A DNA stretch of 64,000 nt from an uncultured Solirubrobacterales bacterium (GCA_963725535.1 CAVRYX010000001.1:75540-139539), one strand, 5' to 3'. Shown: positions 16,745-26,159, counted from the first letter of the stretch. Translations and numbers: made by a program. Notes: generated by a model not told the origin, from the letters alone.

Positions 16745-18223
16745 TCAGGCGCGGCGTTTGGGGTTGGGGCTGGCGCGTAGGGCCTGCGCTGCCGTGGAGA
16801 CGCGCAGCAGCACCGTCGAGTCCGCGGGCACGCTCGCTGCGATCGCGCCCGTCGTGCTGGTGACCGCGCCGGTCCACAGGTTGTGCACGTCGTAGCCGCT
16901 GCTCTTCGGCATTCCCACGGCGGCGGCGCTGGTCGCGATCTCGATCGACTTTCCCGAGCGGTTCAACAGCGCCACCGCGCGGGTGCCGTCGCTGAGCGGC
17001 TTGACCCACACCTCTCCCGAACCGCTAGAGGAGAGCAGCCGCGCCTGCACGCCCGCGGGGTCCTGGTCGATCGCGACCGCTTCGCGGTTGGAGACGGTGG
17101 TCTGGGTGGCGCTCGACATCGACACGAGGTCCTCGCTGATCATCAGCGGGGCCGCGAGCATCGCCCACATGCTGAACTGCGTGCGGAACTGGGCGGCCGA
17201 CATGCCCTGGTCGGGGCCGAGGTAGTCGGGGTCGTTCCAGTGGCCCGGCCCCGCCGCCTGCGGCTGGGCGGCATCCGCATCGAGGTTGCGCAGCACCGCG
17301 GTGAATTCCACGTCCCCTGGGACTCCGACGTCGGTGTCCGTGCGCCAGCTGTTGCCCACGCTCGGCCCGAATGTGTACGAGGCGAAGTTCGAGCCCGCGA
17401 GCGTCGGGACTTCGCTTTCGTACTGGCCCGGCTGCAGGAAGTTGCAGATCGACAGCAGCACCGGGCGGTGGCTTGCGTTGTGCACGATCGCTTCGTGGAA
17501 GGCTCCGTACGCCGCCGCCGGTTCAAGGTGCTGTTCGATACCTCCGCAGTAGTCCACCTTCACAGCGTCGAAGCCCCACGCCGCGAACGTGTTCACGTCC
17601 TGCTGGTAGTGCCCGTAGCTGCCCTGCCCCTTCCCGCCGCAGCCGTTTGTGCCCGCGTCGGTGTACAGGCCCACCTTCAGCCCCGCCGCGTGCAGCACGC
17701 TCGTCAGCCACGCCATCCCGTGCGGCCACTGCGTGGGGCTGACGACGATTTCCCCGGCGGCGTTGCGCTGGCCCTGCCACCAGCCCACGTCCAGCCACAC
17801 GTAGTTGTAGCCGTCCCGCGCCAGGCCGCGCGTGATGAGCTGGCTGGCCTGCTCGAGCACCGTCGCCTCGTCGTAGTGGGAGCCGAACGCGAAGTAGCTG
17901 TCCCAGCCCATGTACGGGGTCGGCGCCAACACACCGGCTGGGGTAGCGCCCCCACTGGCCTTGTTGGCGGCCTGCTGGTGCGCTCGCGCATCGGCGCTCG
18001 GTGCCGTCCCCAGCGCAACGATTACCACGCAGACACCACAGATCGCAGCCTGGATCCACCGATAACGGGCTGAGCATCCGGTGCCGGTGACCGAGCCAGG
18101 GGCAATCGACCGAACCTCCGTAGGGTGACCCCTCGGAGGGAGGGCGATTGATCCTGGCGATGCGTCATCCGGTGCCGGTGCGACCCCGGGATCGGAGGAT
18201 TCAGGCTTAGTGATGGCGCTCAT
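16745..18223 (-). CDS. alpha-galactosidase, glycoside hydrolase family 27
   Basis: PYMGWDSYFAFG, YNYVWLDVGWW, GLKVGLYTDAG, AWGFDAVKVDYCG, GHWNDPDYL. Start ATG 18221-18223 in ATGA overlap with the upstream gene. The remainder of the 856-aa track ORF is spurious. Confidence 0.85.
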   Translation of the reverse strand: MSAITKPESSDPGVAPAPDDASPGSIALPPRGHPTEVRSIAPGSVTGTGCSARYRWIQAAICGVCVVIVALGTAPSADARAHQQAANKASGGATPAGVLAPTPYMGWDSYFAFGSHYDEATVLEQASQLITRGLARDGYNYVWLDVGWWQGQRNAAGEIVVSPTQWPHGMAWLTSVLHAAGLKVGLYTDAGTNGCGGKGQGSYGHYQQDVNTFAAWGFDAVKVDYCGGIEQHLEPAAAYGAFHEAIVHNASHRPVLLSICNFLQPGQYESEVPTLAGSNFASYTFGPSVGNSWRTDTDVGVPGDVEFTAVLRNLDADAAQPQAAGPGHWNDPDYLGPDQGMSAAQFRTQFSMWAMLAAPLMISEDLVSMSSATQTTVSNREAVAIDQDPAGVQARLLSSSGSGEVWVKPLSDGTRAVALLNRSGKSIEIATSAAAVGMPKSSGYDVHNLWTGAVTSTTGAIAASVPADSTVLLRVSTAAQALRASPNPKRRA

Positions 18224-20241
18224 CGCCTGTGGTGAGATGACGCCCTTCCCCCTTTGCTCAGCGTGAGCGTAGCCGTCCTCAGAGTGGCGCTGAGCGCGCC
18301 CACCACCGTGCCGCTCACCGCGAGCCTCACCGGCACCTGTCGCAGGTGTGCGAGCAGGCGCCTGCCCGTGGCGTTCAGGGTGAGGTTGACCGTCAGCTGC
18401 TGGCTGGGTTTCAGGTGCACGGTGCTCGCGCTGACCGTCACCGTCGCGCGCCGAGCGCGCGCCGCCGCCACGGCCACCACGCGGGTGCCGTGGAGCGTCT
18501 CCACCACGGTGAGGCGCAGCGTGATCGTGCAGCTCCCCGCGGCCTGCGCCGAGCACCTCAGCGGCACGCTCACCGTGGCGCCCACCACCCGTGGGGTCCC
18601 GACCTGGGTCTCCGAGATCGCCCCGAGGCCGCCGGCGGGCACGGTCACGAACGAGCTCGTCGCGCTCTCGCTGCCGCCCGCGTTGGTCGCGGTCACGCGG
18701 CACTGCAGGTGGTGGGTCACGTCTGCGCTCGAGACGGTGTACGTGGAACTGCTCGCGCCGGCGACGGCGTTCGTGTCGCGCAGCCACGCGTAGCTCAGTG
18801 TCGCGCTCGCACTCCCGCTCCCGCTCACGCCGGACTTGCACGTGAGCCGCTGCCCGAGCGCGGGGATGCCACCGATCGAGGGGTGCGGCTGGACGAGCGG
18901 GGGGGCGAGCGTCTTGAACGTCTCGCCCAGACCCATCGACGTGCCACTCGCGCTGCTCGCCACCAGCCGGTAGTGGTAGGTCGTTCCGGCCGCGAGGGGG
19001 CCCAGCGTCGCGGTCACCGCCTGCGTCGCGCCACCCGCCGGGAGTGGAGTCGCGCAGGGCGCGCTCTGCCCGTACGCTTCGCTCGTGCCGTATTCGAAGG
19101 TGCAGCTCGTGAGCGTCGCGTCGTCGGGGTTCACCGTGCCGGAGACGTTCGCCGCGGTTTCGCTGAGGGCGGTCGGCGTGCCGGTGGCGGCGGTCGGCGG
19201 GGGGACGCGCGTGACGAACACCTGGCCGGCGCTGTCCACGGCTGCGCAGAGCCCTTCGGCCACGCACGAGACTCCCGACAGCGCCCTGCCGGGGTCGATG
19301 CCGTCGAAAATCCACGGGGGCGGCGTAGCGGTGGGGTTATCGCCGGCGTAGGCGCCCCCGCCGCTGTCCACGGACACGCACAGGCCGGAGGCAGCGCACG
19401 AAACGGCCGTGGGCGCGCCGGGTGCTCCGAGTGCGGGCGCGAACGCCGGCGTCCAGTTCCAGGTGGGCGCTTCGTCGGTTGGGTCCCCGTTCGCCAGCAC
19501 GTTGCCTTCGCCGTCGACCGCCACACACACTCCGGCAGGAGCAGGGGCACAGGAGACCGAGACGAGGTTCGGGCTCAGGTCGATCGGGCTCGGGTGCCAC
19601 GCGCCCCCGGCCGGTTCGCGGCTCACGAGCGCCTGGCCGGCGTTGTCCACCGCCACACACAACGCCGTGGAGGCGCACGAGACCGAGCTCAACGCGTGCC
19701 CGGAGTCGATCGGCACACGGCTCCACCCCGCACCCGCGCCGGCGGTGGGGTTGGTGCTGAGGTACGCGTCACCGGCCTTGTCGACGGCTACGCACAACGC
19801 GCTTGACGCGCAGGAGACCCCGGTGAACGCCGGGGCTCCCTCGATCGCCACACCGCTCCACCCCGCGCCCGCCCCGGCGGTGGGGTTGGTGCTGATGAGC
19901 ACGCGGCCTGCTCCGTCGACGGCCACACAGAGCGCGTTGGCGGCGCAGGAGACCCCGGTGAGGGCCGTTTTGTCGTCGATTTCGTGCTGGCTCCACGTCG
20001 CACTGGCACCGCTGTCCGGGTTGGTGCCGATCAGCGCGTGGCCTTCCTTGTTGACAGCCACGCAGAGGGTCTCCGAGGCGCAGGAGACTCCGGTGAGGCC
20101 GGCGCCGTCGACTTTGACCGTGCTCCACCCGAGGGTGGGCGCCGCTCCGGCGGGCGCAGCCGCCAAGCAGGCGCACGCGACGGCGCACAGCAGCGCCGTG
20201 AGCGTTGCGGGGATGGTGGCCGTGGGACGGTCCAAACGCAC
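18220..20241 (-). CDS. secreted repeat protein: ~8 Cys-pair propeller-like repeats + FN3-like + Ig-like domains
   Basis: Signal peptide LTALLCAVACACLAAAPAGA. Repeats of the form LTGVSCAs..LCVAVD..G..l.stNPt about every 45 aa. TYHYRLVA and LTCKSG...LQCRVTATNAGG modules. GTG start at 20241 after GGGGAGG. Confidence 0.7.
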   Translation of the reverse strand: MRLDRPTATIPATLTALLCAVACACLAAAPAGAAPTLGWSTVKVDGAGLTGVSCASETLCVAVNKEGHALIGTNPDSGASATWSQHEIDDKTALTGVSCAANALCVAVDGAGRVLISTNPTAGAGAGWSGVAIEGAPAFTGVSCASSALCVAVDKAGDAYLSTNPTAGAGAGWSRVPIDSGHALSSVSCASTALCVAVDNAGQALVSREPAGGAWHPSPIDLSPNLVSVSCAPAPAGVCVAVDGEGNVLANGDPTDEAPTWNWTPAFAPALGAPGAPTAVSCAASGLCVSVDSGGGAYAGDNPTATPPPWIFDGIDPGRALSGVSCVAEGLCAAVDSAGQVFVTRVPPPTAATGTPTALSETAANVSGTVNPDDATLTSCTFEYGTSEAYGQSAPCATPLPAGGATQAVTATLGPLAAGTTYHYRLVASSASGTSMGLGETFKTLAPPLVQPHPSIGGIPALGQRLTCKSGVSGSGSASATLSYAWLRDTNAVAGASSSTYTVSSADVTHHLQCRVTATNAGGSESATSSFVTVPAGGLGAISETQVGTPRVVGATVSVPLRCSAQAAGSCTITLRLTVVETLHGTRVVAVAAARARRATVTVSASTVHLKPSQQLTVNLTLNATGRRLLAHLRQVPVRLAVSGTVVGALSATLRTATLTLSKGGRASSHHRR

Positions 20242-20300
20242 GCCTCCCCGTAACACGGGCCGCGACCCACGGTTGCGCTGTGCTCTGGCCCCACCGCTTA

Positions 20301-20467
20301 AGGGCCTATCCCGATTGGGGCGTGCGGCTGAGGCGGTCGAGGGTCGAGCGAGGCGCGGACGCAAGGCCGAAGGCGTGGTGGGCCCACGTTGAGGCCGCGG
20401 TGACGGGTCCCGGAGGGGTAAGGCCATCGGCCGTATCCAGACGTGCGAGCCAAGAGGGATAGGCCCT
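20301..20467 (+). repeat. family-1 structured repeat, copy B (full length)
   Basis: AGGGCCTATCCCGATTGGGGCGTGCGGCTG...CCAAGAGGGATAGGCCCT, with a 10-bp terminal stem plus a second 4-bp helix. Confidence 0.85.
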
Positions 20468-20767
20468 AAGGCTGCGCCGCGTCCACATCGAGGGACCGTC
20501 CAGCGGCGCGCACGGGAGCGCGGTGGCGGTGGGGGGGACGCCGGGGATCTTGTGTGCTGGCGTTCGAGCTTCAGACGCCGGAGGTTAGCGAGCCCTTCAG
20601 TCGTCACGCGCTGGTGGCAGGGGAGGACCCGGGTCGCAGAGACATTAGTCTACAATCCTCTGTGAGCCACCGAAGCTCCGTCTGGTTCCTGTCTCTCAAA
20701 TGACCTGCTTGTAAAAACCATTCGACCCACGTGACCTGTACGCCCGAGTTTTGGTGTACGGTCTCTT

Positions 20768-21685
20768 GTGTATATGCCACGGAAACGACTGGTTGGCTTA
20801 TCGGCCGGGGAGGCTGTACTGGGGCTCGTGATCGAGCAGCCCGACTCCGCCTCGCGACTCGGCGCTCGCCTAGTCGAGCGCTTCCGCTCCGCGCAGTTCA
20901 CCCGCTCCACCGCCCACAACGCGCTGAGCCGCCTCGCCCGGCAGGGACTCGTGCAGGTTCTCGCCGAGGAGGACGGGGCGCAGGAGCACCGCTACGAAGC
21001 CACGCCGCTGGGTGTCGAGCACTTCCGCGCGTGGTTGCGCGCCTGCACCACCGCGGCCCCGGCCCTGCGCGAGGAGCTGCACGCGAAGGTCGAGTTCTGC
21101 ACCTCCGCCGACCTGCCGCGGTTGATCGAGGCGATCTGCGCCGAGGAACGGGCCTGCGCGAGCATGTTCGCGGCCGCCCAGGGGCGTCTGTCGGAGGCCG
21201 AGCTCGTCGCCCCGCGGTGCTCCACCGTGCAGGAGCGGTGGTCGGCGCTCGCGCGCCGCGCGGTCCTGCGCGACGAAGCGGCGCTGTGGGGCACGCGGTT
21301 CAAGCGCCTGGAGCGCCTGCGGGCGCGCCTGGAGGAGTTGGGCGAGGTCGCAGAGGAGCCGGTGCGCGGGGCCGTCGCGGGGCCGGACGAGGAGCCGGCG
21401 CGCCATGAAGCGCCGCGCGGGGTTGCCGGCGAGCGGGCGCGCGAACTCGCCGAGGAGCCGCTGTTGGGGCGCGGCGCGCCGTCGCTGGGCACGACGACCG
21501 AAGCAGGTAGACACTCGCCTTCGACCGAAGCCGGGGGACACGCGCCTCCGGCGCTGGCCGATTTGGGGATGCGAGCGGAGCGAGCGTCTCCCCAATCGGT
21601 CCCCGGTTCGGCCAGAATCGCCGGTTCGGCCAGCGCACACGCGCTCGGTGGGTACCCCACACACGTGGACGATCTCCCCCGATGA
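20768..21685 (+). CDS. PadR-family transcriptional regulator with long C-terminal extension
   Basis: Winged-helix GEAVLGLVIEQPDSASRLGARLVERF...STAHNALSRLARQGLV...RYEATPLG. The last ~65 aa are encoded by family-2 repeat copy b. Start 20768 or 20774. Confidence 0.75.
   Translation: MYMPRKRLVGLSAGEAVLGLVIEQPDSASRLGARLVERFRSAQFTRSTAHNALSRLARQGLVQVLAEEDGAQEHRYEATPLGVEHFRAWLRACTTAAPALREELHAKVEFCTSADLPRLIEAICAEERACASMFAAAQGRLSEAELVAPRCSTVQERWSALARRAVLRDEAALWGTRFKRLERLRARLEELGEVAEEPVRGAVAGPDEEPARHEAPRGVAGERARELAEEPLLGRGAPSLGTTTEAGRHSPSTEAGGHAPPALADLGMRAERASPQSVPGSARIAGSASAHALGGYPTHVDDLPR
21491..21682 (+). repeat. family-2 mosaic palindromic repeat, copy b (longest)
   Basis: Reverse complement aligns with 9008-9153, plus a ~45-bp extra module. 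Ends 1 nt before the ATGA junction of the PadR and ABC genes. Confidence 0.85.
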
Positions 21686-22440
21686 CCGTCCTGTCTCTTC
21701 AGGGTATCGGCCTGCGCTACCGGCGCGGGGACCTGGCCAGGTGGCTGCTGCGGTCGGTCTGGCTCGACGTCGCGCCCGGGGAGGTCGTCTCGGTGGTCGC
21801 GCTGCGCTCCCAGGGCAAGACCACGCTGCTGCGGCTCGCCGCCGGCATGGTGGCGCCGGACGAGGGGCGCGTGCTGCTCGGGCGGACGGACCTCGGCGGC
21901 CTCTCCGACGCCGCCCACGCGCGCGTGCTGCGCGAGCAACTCGGCTGGGCGGGCCGCCTCGGTCCTGGCCTCGGCGTGCAGATGCTCGACTACGTCGCGC
22001 TGCGCCTGGCGCTCGGCGGGCGGGCCCACCGCTGCGCCGTGCGGTCGGTTGCGCTTCAGGCGCTCGAGCGGTTGGGCGTCGAGCACTGCGCCGAACGGCG
22101 CTGGGGTGAGCTCTCCGACTGGGAGCGCGTGCTCGTGGAGCTCGCCCAGGCGCTCGCGGGCACTCCGCGGCTGCTGCTGGTTGACGACCTCCTCGACGGA
22201 CTCGGGGCGCGCGAGACCGAGGAGGTCTCGGTGCTGGTGCGCGCACTCGCCGAGGAGCTTCGCCTGGGCGTGCTGATGACCGTCTCCGACCCCGAGGCGG
22301 CGCTCTGCTCGCACCGCGTCCTCTCGCTCGCCGGCGGTCGCCTGACGGCGCTCTCAGGCGGGGGCGCTTCCGAGCCCGGTGTCGTGATCGACTTTCCGCA
22401 CGGGCGCCCTCCAGGCCTGCGCGACGCACGTTGGGGGTGA
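21682..22440 (+). CDS. ABC transporter ATP-binding protein with degenerate catalytic motifs
   Basis: ABC fold alignment. Walker A reads ALRSQGKTT, signature reads LSDWER, and Walker B reads LLLVDDLLDG with no catalytic Glu. Confidence 0.7.
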   Translation: MTVLSLQGIGLRYRRGDLARWLLRSVWLDVAPGEVVSVVALRSQGKTTLLRLAAGMVAPDEGRVLLGRTDLGGLSDAAHARVLREQLGWAGRLGPGLGVQMLDYVALRLALGGRAHRCAVRSVALQALERLGVEHCAERRWGELSDWERVLVELAQALAGTPRLLLVDDLLDGLGARETEEVSVLVRALAEELRLGVLMTVSDPEAALCSHRVLSLAGGRLTALSGGGASEPGVVIDFPHGRPPGLRDARWG

Positions 22441-22443
22441 GGC

Positions 22444-25002
22444 GTGGGGGAGCTGCGCCTGCTGGCTCCGTGGGAGCTCCTCTACATCTACCGCGCCCGC
22501 CTGCGCGCACGGCTCGTGCTCGTCCAGGAGCTGCTCGCGGTGCTGGGGCTCTCTGTAGGGGTGGCGCTGCTGTTCGCCTCGCAGGTTGCCTCCACGAGCC
22601 TCGCCGGTTCGATCCAGCAGCTGACCGCCGGGGTCGTGGGCCGCGCGAGCCTGCAACTGGTGGCGCGTGCACCCGCCGGCTTCGACGAGCGGCTGCTGGG
22701 CCGGGTGGGTCGGCTGCCCGGAGTGCAGGGGGCCGAGCCAGTGCTCGAGCAGCGCGCCACCGTCCTCGGCCCGCTCGGGCAGCGCTCGGTCGACCTGCTC
22801 GCGGGCGAACCCCGCTACCTGCTGGCCGATCTCCGATCGGTCGGCGGCTCCCTGCCGCAGGGCTTCACCGCCACGCAGCTCGCGTCGCTGCACGCGCTCG
22901 CGCTGCCCACGCCGGTGGCGGAAGCGATCGGAGTCGACTCGCTGCAGACCCTCACGCTGGAGGTCGGCGCGACCCGGCTCACTGCGCTGATGGGAGCGAA
23001 GCTCGACGCCGGCTCCCTCGGCGCGCTCGTCGACAGCCCCCTCGCGATCGCTCCCCTCGTCTACGCGCAGACCGTGACCGGCCTGCGCGGCCGCCTGACA
23101 CGCATCCTCGTCCGTACCCTCCCCGGGCGCCAGCGCGAGGTGCGCCGCGAGCTCGGCGCGCTCGCTGCGGGGCGGCCCGTGAACGTCGAGGCGGCGGACT
23201 ACGACTCGCGGCTGTTCGACACCGCCGCCGCGCCCGCCGACGTGAGCACCAGCCTGTTCTCGGCGATCTCCGCGCTGGTGGGCTTTCTGTTCGCGTTCAA
23301 CGCGATCCTCATGACGCTGCCCCTGCGCCGCACTCTGATCGAGGCGCTGCGCACCCGCGGCGCGACCCGCGCGATGACGGTGCAGGTGCTGCTGTTCGAC
23401 GCGCTTGTGCTCGGCGGGCTGGGCTCGCTGTTCGGGCTGGTCCTCGGCGAGGCGCTCTCGCTCGTGGTGTTTCGCGCGAATCCCGGCTACCTCTCGTTTG
23501 CGTTCCCGGTCGGCTCGCAGCGGATCGTGACCTGGCAGTCCGTTGCGCTCTCGGTGACCGCGGGGTTGGCGGCTGCGGGCTTCGGCGTGCTGGTTCCGCT
23601 CAGGGGGACCCTCGCCGGCCCCGTGCGGAGCGGCGGCGGACGGTTGCGCCGGCACCCGGGCGCGAGGACCCTGAGCCTGGCGGCCGGGGTCGCCTGCCTG
23701 GCGGGCACCACGTTCGTCTTGCTCGCCCGCCCGCAGGCCGCCGTGCTCGGCAGCCTCGCGCTCGCCGCGGCGCTGCTGCTGATCCTGCCCTCCGCCTTCG
23801 ACGTAGGTCTCGCCGCCTCCGAGTGGTTGCAGCGCCCGCTCTACGCAGCCTCCACCCGCCTTGCCCTCGTCGAGCTGCGGACGCCCGCGACCCGTGTGCG
23901 TTCGCTCGCGATCGCCGCGACGGCGGCGCTCGCGGTATTCGGCAGCGTCGCCATCCAGGGGGCGCAGGGCAACCTCCAGAGCGGTCTGGACCGCACGGCG
24001 GCGCAGGTCAACCGCCTTGCCGCCCTGTGGGTCTCGCCGGCGGGCTCGGGCAACACACTTGCGACAACCCCCTTCCCGAGCGCGGGCGCCGGCCCACTCG
24101 CACGCCTGCCCGGGATCGCGGCGGTCGGCGTCTACCGCGGCGGCTTCCTGGACGTGGGCCCCCGCCGGGTGTGGGTGCTGGCCCCGCCGGCCGCCTCGCC
24201 CGACCCGATCCCGCCGAGCCAGCTCGTCAGCGGCGAGGAGGCCGTGGCGAGCGCGCGCCTGCGCGGTCATGGGTGGGCAGTGCTCTCACAGGTCCTCGCC
24301 GCCGAACTGCACCTGCGCCTCGGCCAGCCCTTCACGCTCCCCGCGCCGCGCCCGACGGTGTTCCGAGTCGCGGCGTTGTCCACCAACCTGGGCTGGCCGC
24401 CCGGCGCGATCATCCTGGGCGCCGCGGACTACGCGCGGGCCTGGGACAGCGACGCAGCCAGCGCCTACCTCGTCACGCTGGCGCCCGGTGTGTCGCCTGC
24501 GCGCGCCAGCCGTGAGATCCGCCGTTTGCTCGGGCCGAGCTCGGGGCTGGCCGTCCAGACCGCCGTCCAGCGCACCCGCCAGTGGGAGACCACCGGTAGC
24601 CAGGGGCTCACGCGTCTGACGCAGATCGCGGCGCTCGTGCTGATCGCCGCGATCCTCGCGACGGCCGGGGCGATCGGCTCGATGATCTGGCAGCGCCGAC
24701 CCCAGCTCGCCTACATCAAGCGCCAGGGGTACAAGCGAGGCGTGCTGTGGCGCTCGCTGCTGTGCGAGAGCGCTCTGCTGCTCGGCTGCGGCTGCTCGCT
24801 CGGCGCCGTCTTCGGACTGTACGGTCAGCTGCTGCTGAGCCACGCGCTGGCGAGCGTCACCGGCTTTCCGATCGTGGTCTCGGTCGCCGGCGCCGTCGCG
24901 CTCTTCAGCTTCGCGCTCGTGTCCGCAGTGGCACTGGCGATCCTCGCCCTTCCAGGGTATCTTGCAGTGCGTGTACACCCGACAACTGTCAGCACAGCCT
25001 GA
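22444..25002 (+). CDS. FtsX/MacB-type ABC transporter permease (duplicated FtsX domain)
   Basis: 852 aa with two blocks of 4 TM helices (e.g. LFSAISALVGFLFAFNAILMTL; LTQIAALVLIAAILATAGAIGSMIWQR) and large extracytoplasmic loops. Confidence 0.8.
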   Translation: MGELRLLAPWELLYIYRARLRARLVLVQELLAVLGLSVGVALLFASQVASTSLAGSIQQLTAGVVGRASLQLVARAPAGFDERLLGRVGRLPGVQGAEPVLEQRATVLGPLGQRSVDLLAGEPRYLLADLRSVGGSLPQGFTATQLASLHALALPTPVAEAIGVDSLQTLTLEVGATRLTALMGAKLDAGSLGALVDSPLAIAPLVYAQTVTGLRGRLTRILVRTLPGRQREVRRELGALAAGRPVNVEAADYDSRLFDTAAAPADVSTSLFSAISALVGFLFAFNAILMTLPLRRTLIEALRTRGATRAMTVQVLLFDALVLGGLGSLFGLVLGEALSLVVFRANPGYLSFAFPVGSQRIVTWQSVALSVTAGLAAAGFGVLVPLRGTLAGPVRSGGGRLRRHPGARTLSLAAGVACLAGTTFVLLARPQAAVLGSLALAAALLLILPSAFDVGLAASEWLQRPLYAASTRLALVELRTPATRVRSLAIAATAALAVFGSVAIQGAQGNLQSGLDRTAAQVNRLAALWVSPAGSGNTLATTPFPSAGAGPLARLPGIAAVGVYRGGFLDVGPRRVWVLAPPAASPDPIPPSQLVSGEEAVASARLRGHGWAVLSQVLAAELHLRLGQPFTLPAPRPTVFRVAALSTNLGWPPGAIILGAADYARAWDSDAASAYLVTLAPGVSPARASREIRRLLGPSSGLAVQTAVQRTRQWETTGSQGLTRLTQIAALVLIAAILATAGAIGSMIWQRRPQLAYIKRQGYKRGVLWRSLLCESALLLGCGCSLGAVFGLYGQLLLSHALASVTGFPIVVSVAGAVALFSFALVSAVALAILALPGYLAVRVHPTTVSTA

Positions 25003-25058
25003 CTCTGAGTGCTCACGCCGGCACGCCTCCTGGCGCGTGGCCCGCGCGTCCCAGCGGA

Positions 25059-26159
25059 GTGGCCGGGCCGCGCGATCTGCTCCCGCCGTCCACCGTCCAG
25101 GCGCTGTCGCTCCTGCGCGTCGCTGCCCGCCAGCTGCTCTGGGGCCTGCCGGCGGTCGCGCGGGAGGTGCGGTGCTGGCGGGCGCGAGCGCGGGCGATCC
25201 CAGACCGCACGCTGCGTGCTGACGGGCTCGGCTCGTTGGCCTGCAAGCGTGCCAGCACCGACGGAGCGGCGCTGTTCTGGACGCTGCCCCGCGCGCGCTC
25301 CGCCCACCTGCTGCGTCTGCTCGTGGCCTACGAGGTGATGGCCGACTTCCTCGACTCCGTCAACGAGCGAGCGGCGCGCGCCGGCACGCTCAACGGCCGC
25401 CAGCTGCACCTCGCCCTCAGCGAGGCGCTCGCTCCCGGCACCCCGGCCTCCGACTACTACCGCCACAACCCGCGTCGCGCCGACGGCGGCTACCTGGGAG
25501 CGCTGCTCGGCGCCTGCCGCACAGGCTGTGCGCTGCTCCCGTCCTACCGCACCGTCCGGCCCCTCGCGATTCGGGCCGCGACGCTGACCCAGGTGCTCGG
25601 GCTCAACCACGAGCTCGACCCCGTGGCGCGCGAGCAGGCGCTCCGGGAGTGGGCCGCGTCGCACTTCGACGCGCCTGACGGGTTGGTCTGGTTTGAGCTG
25701 ACGGCGGCGGCGAGTGCGTGGCTTACGATTCTCGCGCTGCTAGCGCTGGCGGCCGCGCGGGGGCTGGAGGACCGTCGCGTGCTCGACACCTACACCGCCT
25801 ACCTGCCCTGGATCTCGCTGGTGGGCACGATGCTCGACAGCTACGCCGACTCCGCGCAGGACGCGGCTGATGGGGAGCACAGCTACATCGCGCACTACCC
25901 GTGCGCCGAGGAGGCGGTGGAGCGTCTGGGGGTGCTGGTGCGCGAGGCGGCGCTGCGGGCCCGGGCACTGCCGGACGGCCCCCGGCACGCGGTCCTGGTG
26001 GCCTGCATGGTCTCGATGTACCTCTCGAAGGACTCCGTGCGCACGCCGGAGCTGCGCGCGAGCACGCTGCACCTCGCCCGCGCCTGCGGCTCGCTGGCGA
26101 GAGTGCTTTTGCCGGTGCTGCGCGTGTGGCGCGTGCTCTACGCGCAGCGCGACGAGTAG
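25059..26159 (+). CDS. DUF2600 (YtpB tetraprenyl-beta-curcumene synthase-like) family protein
   Basis: LLWGLPAVAREVRCWRARA..., LLVAYEVMADFLDSVNE, LDSYADSAQDAADGEHSY (Asp-rich). Start set at the first in-frame GTG after the FtsX stop. Confidence 0.65.
   Translation: MAGPRDLLPPSTVQALSLLRVAARQLLWGLPAVAREVRCWRARARAIPDRTLRADGLGSLACKRASTDGAALFWTLPRARSAHLLRLLVAYEVMADFLDSVNERAARAGTLNGRQLHLALSEALAPGTPASDYYRHNPRRADGGYLGALLGACRTGCALLPSYRTVRPLAIRAATLTQVLGLNHELDPVAREQALREWAASHFDAPDGLVWFELTAAASAWLTILALLALAAARGLEDRRVLDTYTAYLPWISLVGTMLDSYADSAQDAADGEHSYIAHYPCAEEAVERLGVLVREAALRARALPDGPRHAVLVACMVSMYLSKDSVRTPELRASTLHLARACGSLARVLLPVLRVWRVLYAQRDE

Noticed and set aside
18224-19315. N-terminal ~360 aa of the 856-aa track ORF 16745..19315
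   Set aside because: This is out-of-frame read-through into the upstream propeller-repeat gene and is Arg/Gly/Asp-rich. The GH27 homology starts only after ATG 18223, which is coupled (ATGA) to the upstream stop.
20301-20467. Peptides encoded by family-1 and family-3 repeats (e.g. VERGADARPKAWWAHVEAAVTGPGGVRPSA; ALDRH..CHQHEL..SPSLVQERPG) as conserved small proteins
   Set aside because: No consistent start codon or RBS is present. The copies are read in different frames and with different extensions in the ORF track. Differences between copies are not biased to synonymous sites and instead preserve base pairing.
20870-24515. Very long ORFs on the opposite strand or in alternative frames (20870..22672 -, 600 aa; 22354..24270 -, 638 aa; 22431..24515 +, 694 aa)
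   Set aside because: They have Arg/Pro/Gly/Ala-dominated composition and no recognisable motifs, and they fully overlap well-supported PadR/ABC/FtsX genes. They are typical shadow ORFs of high-GC DNA.
24747-25058. 5' extension of the DUF2600 ORF to 24747
   Set aside because: It overlaps the last 250 nt of the FtsX permease gene, and family homology begins only after about 25090.
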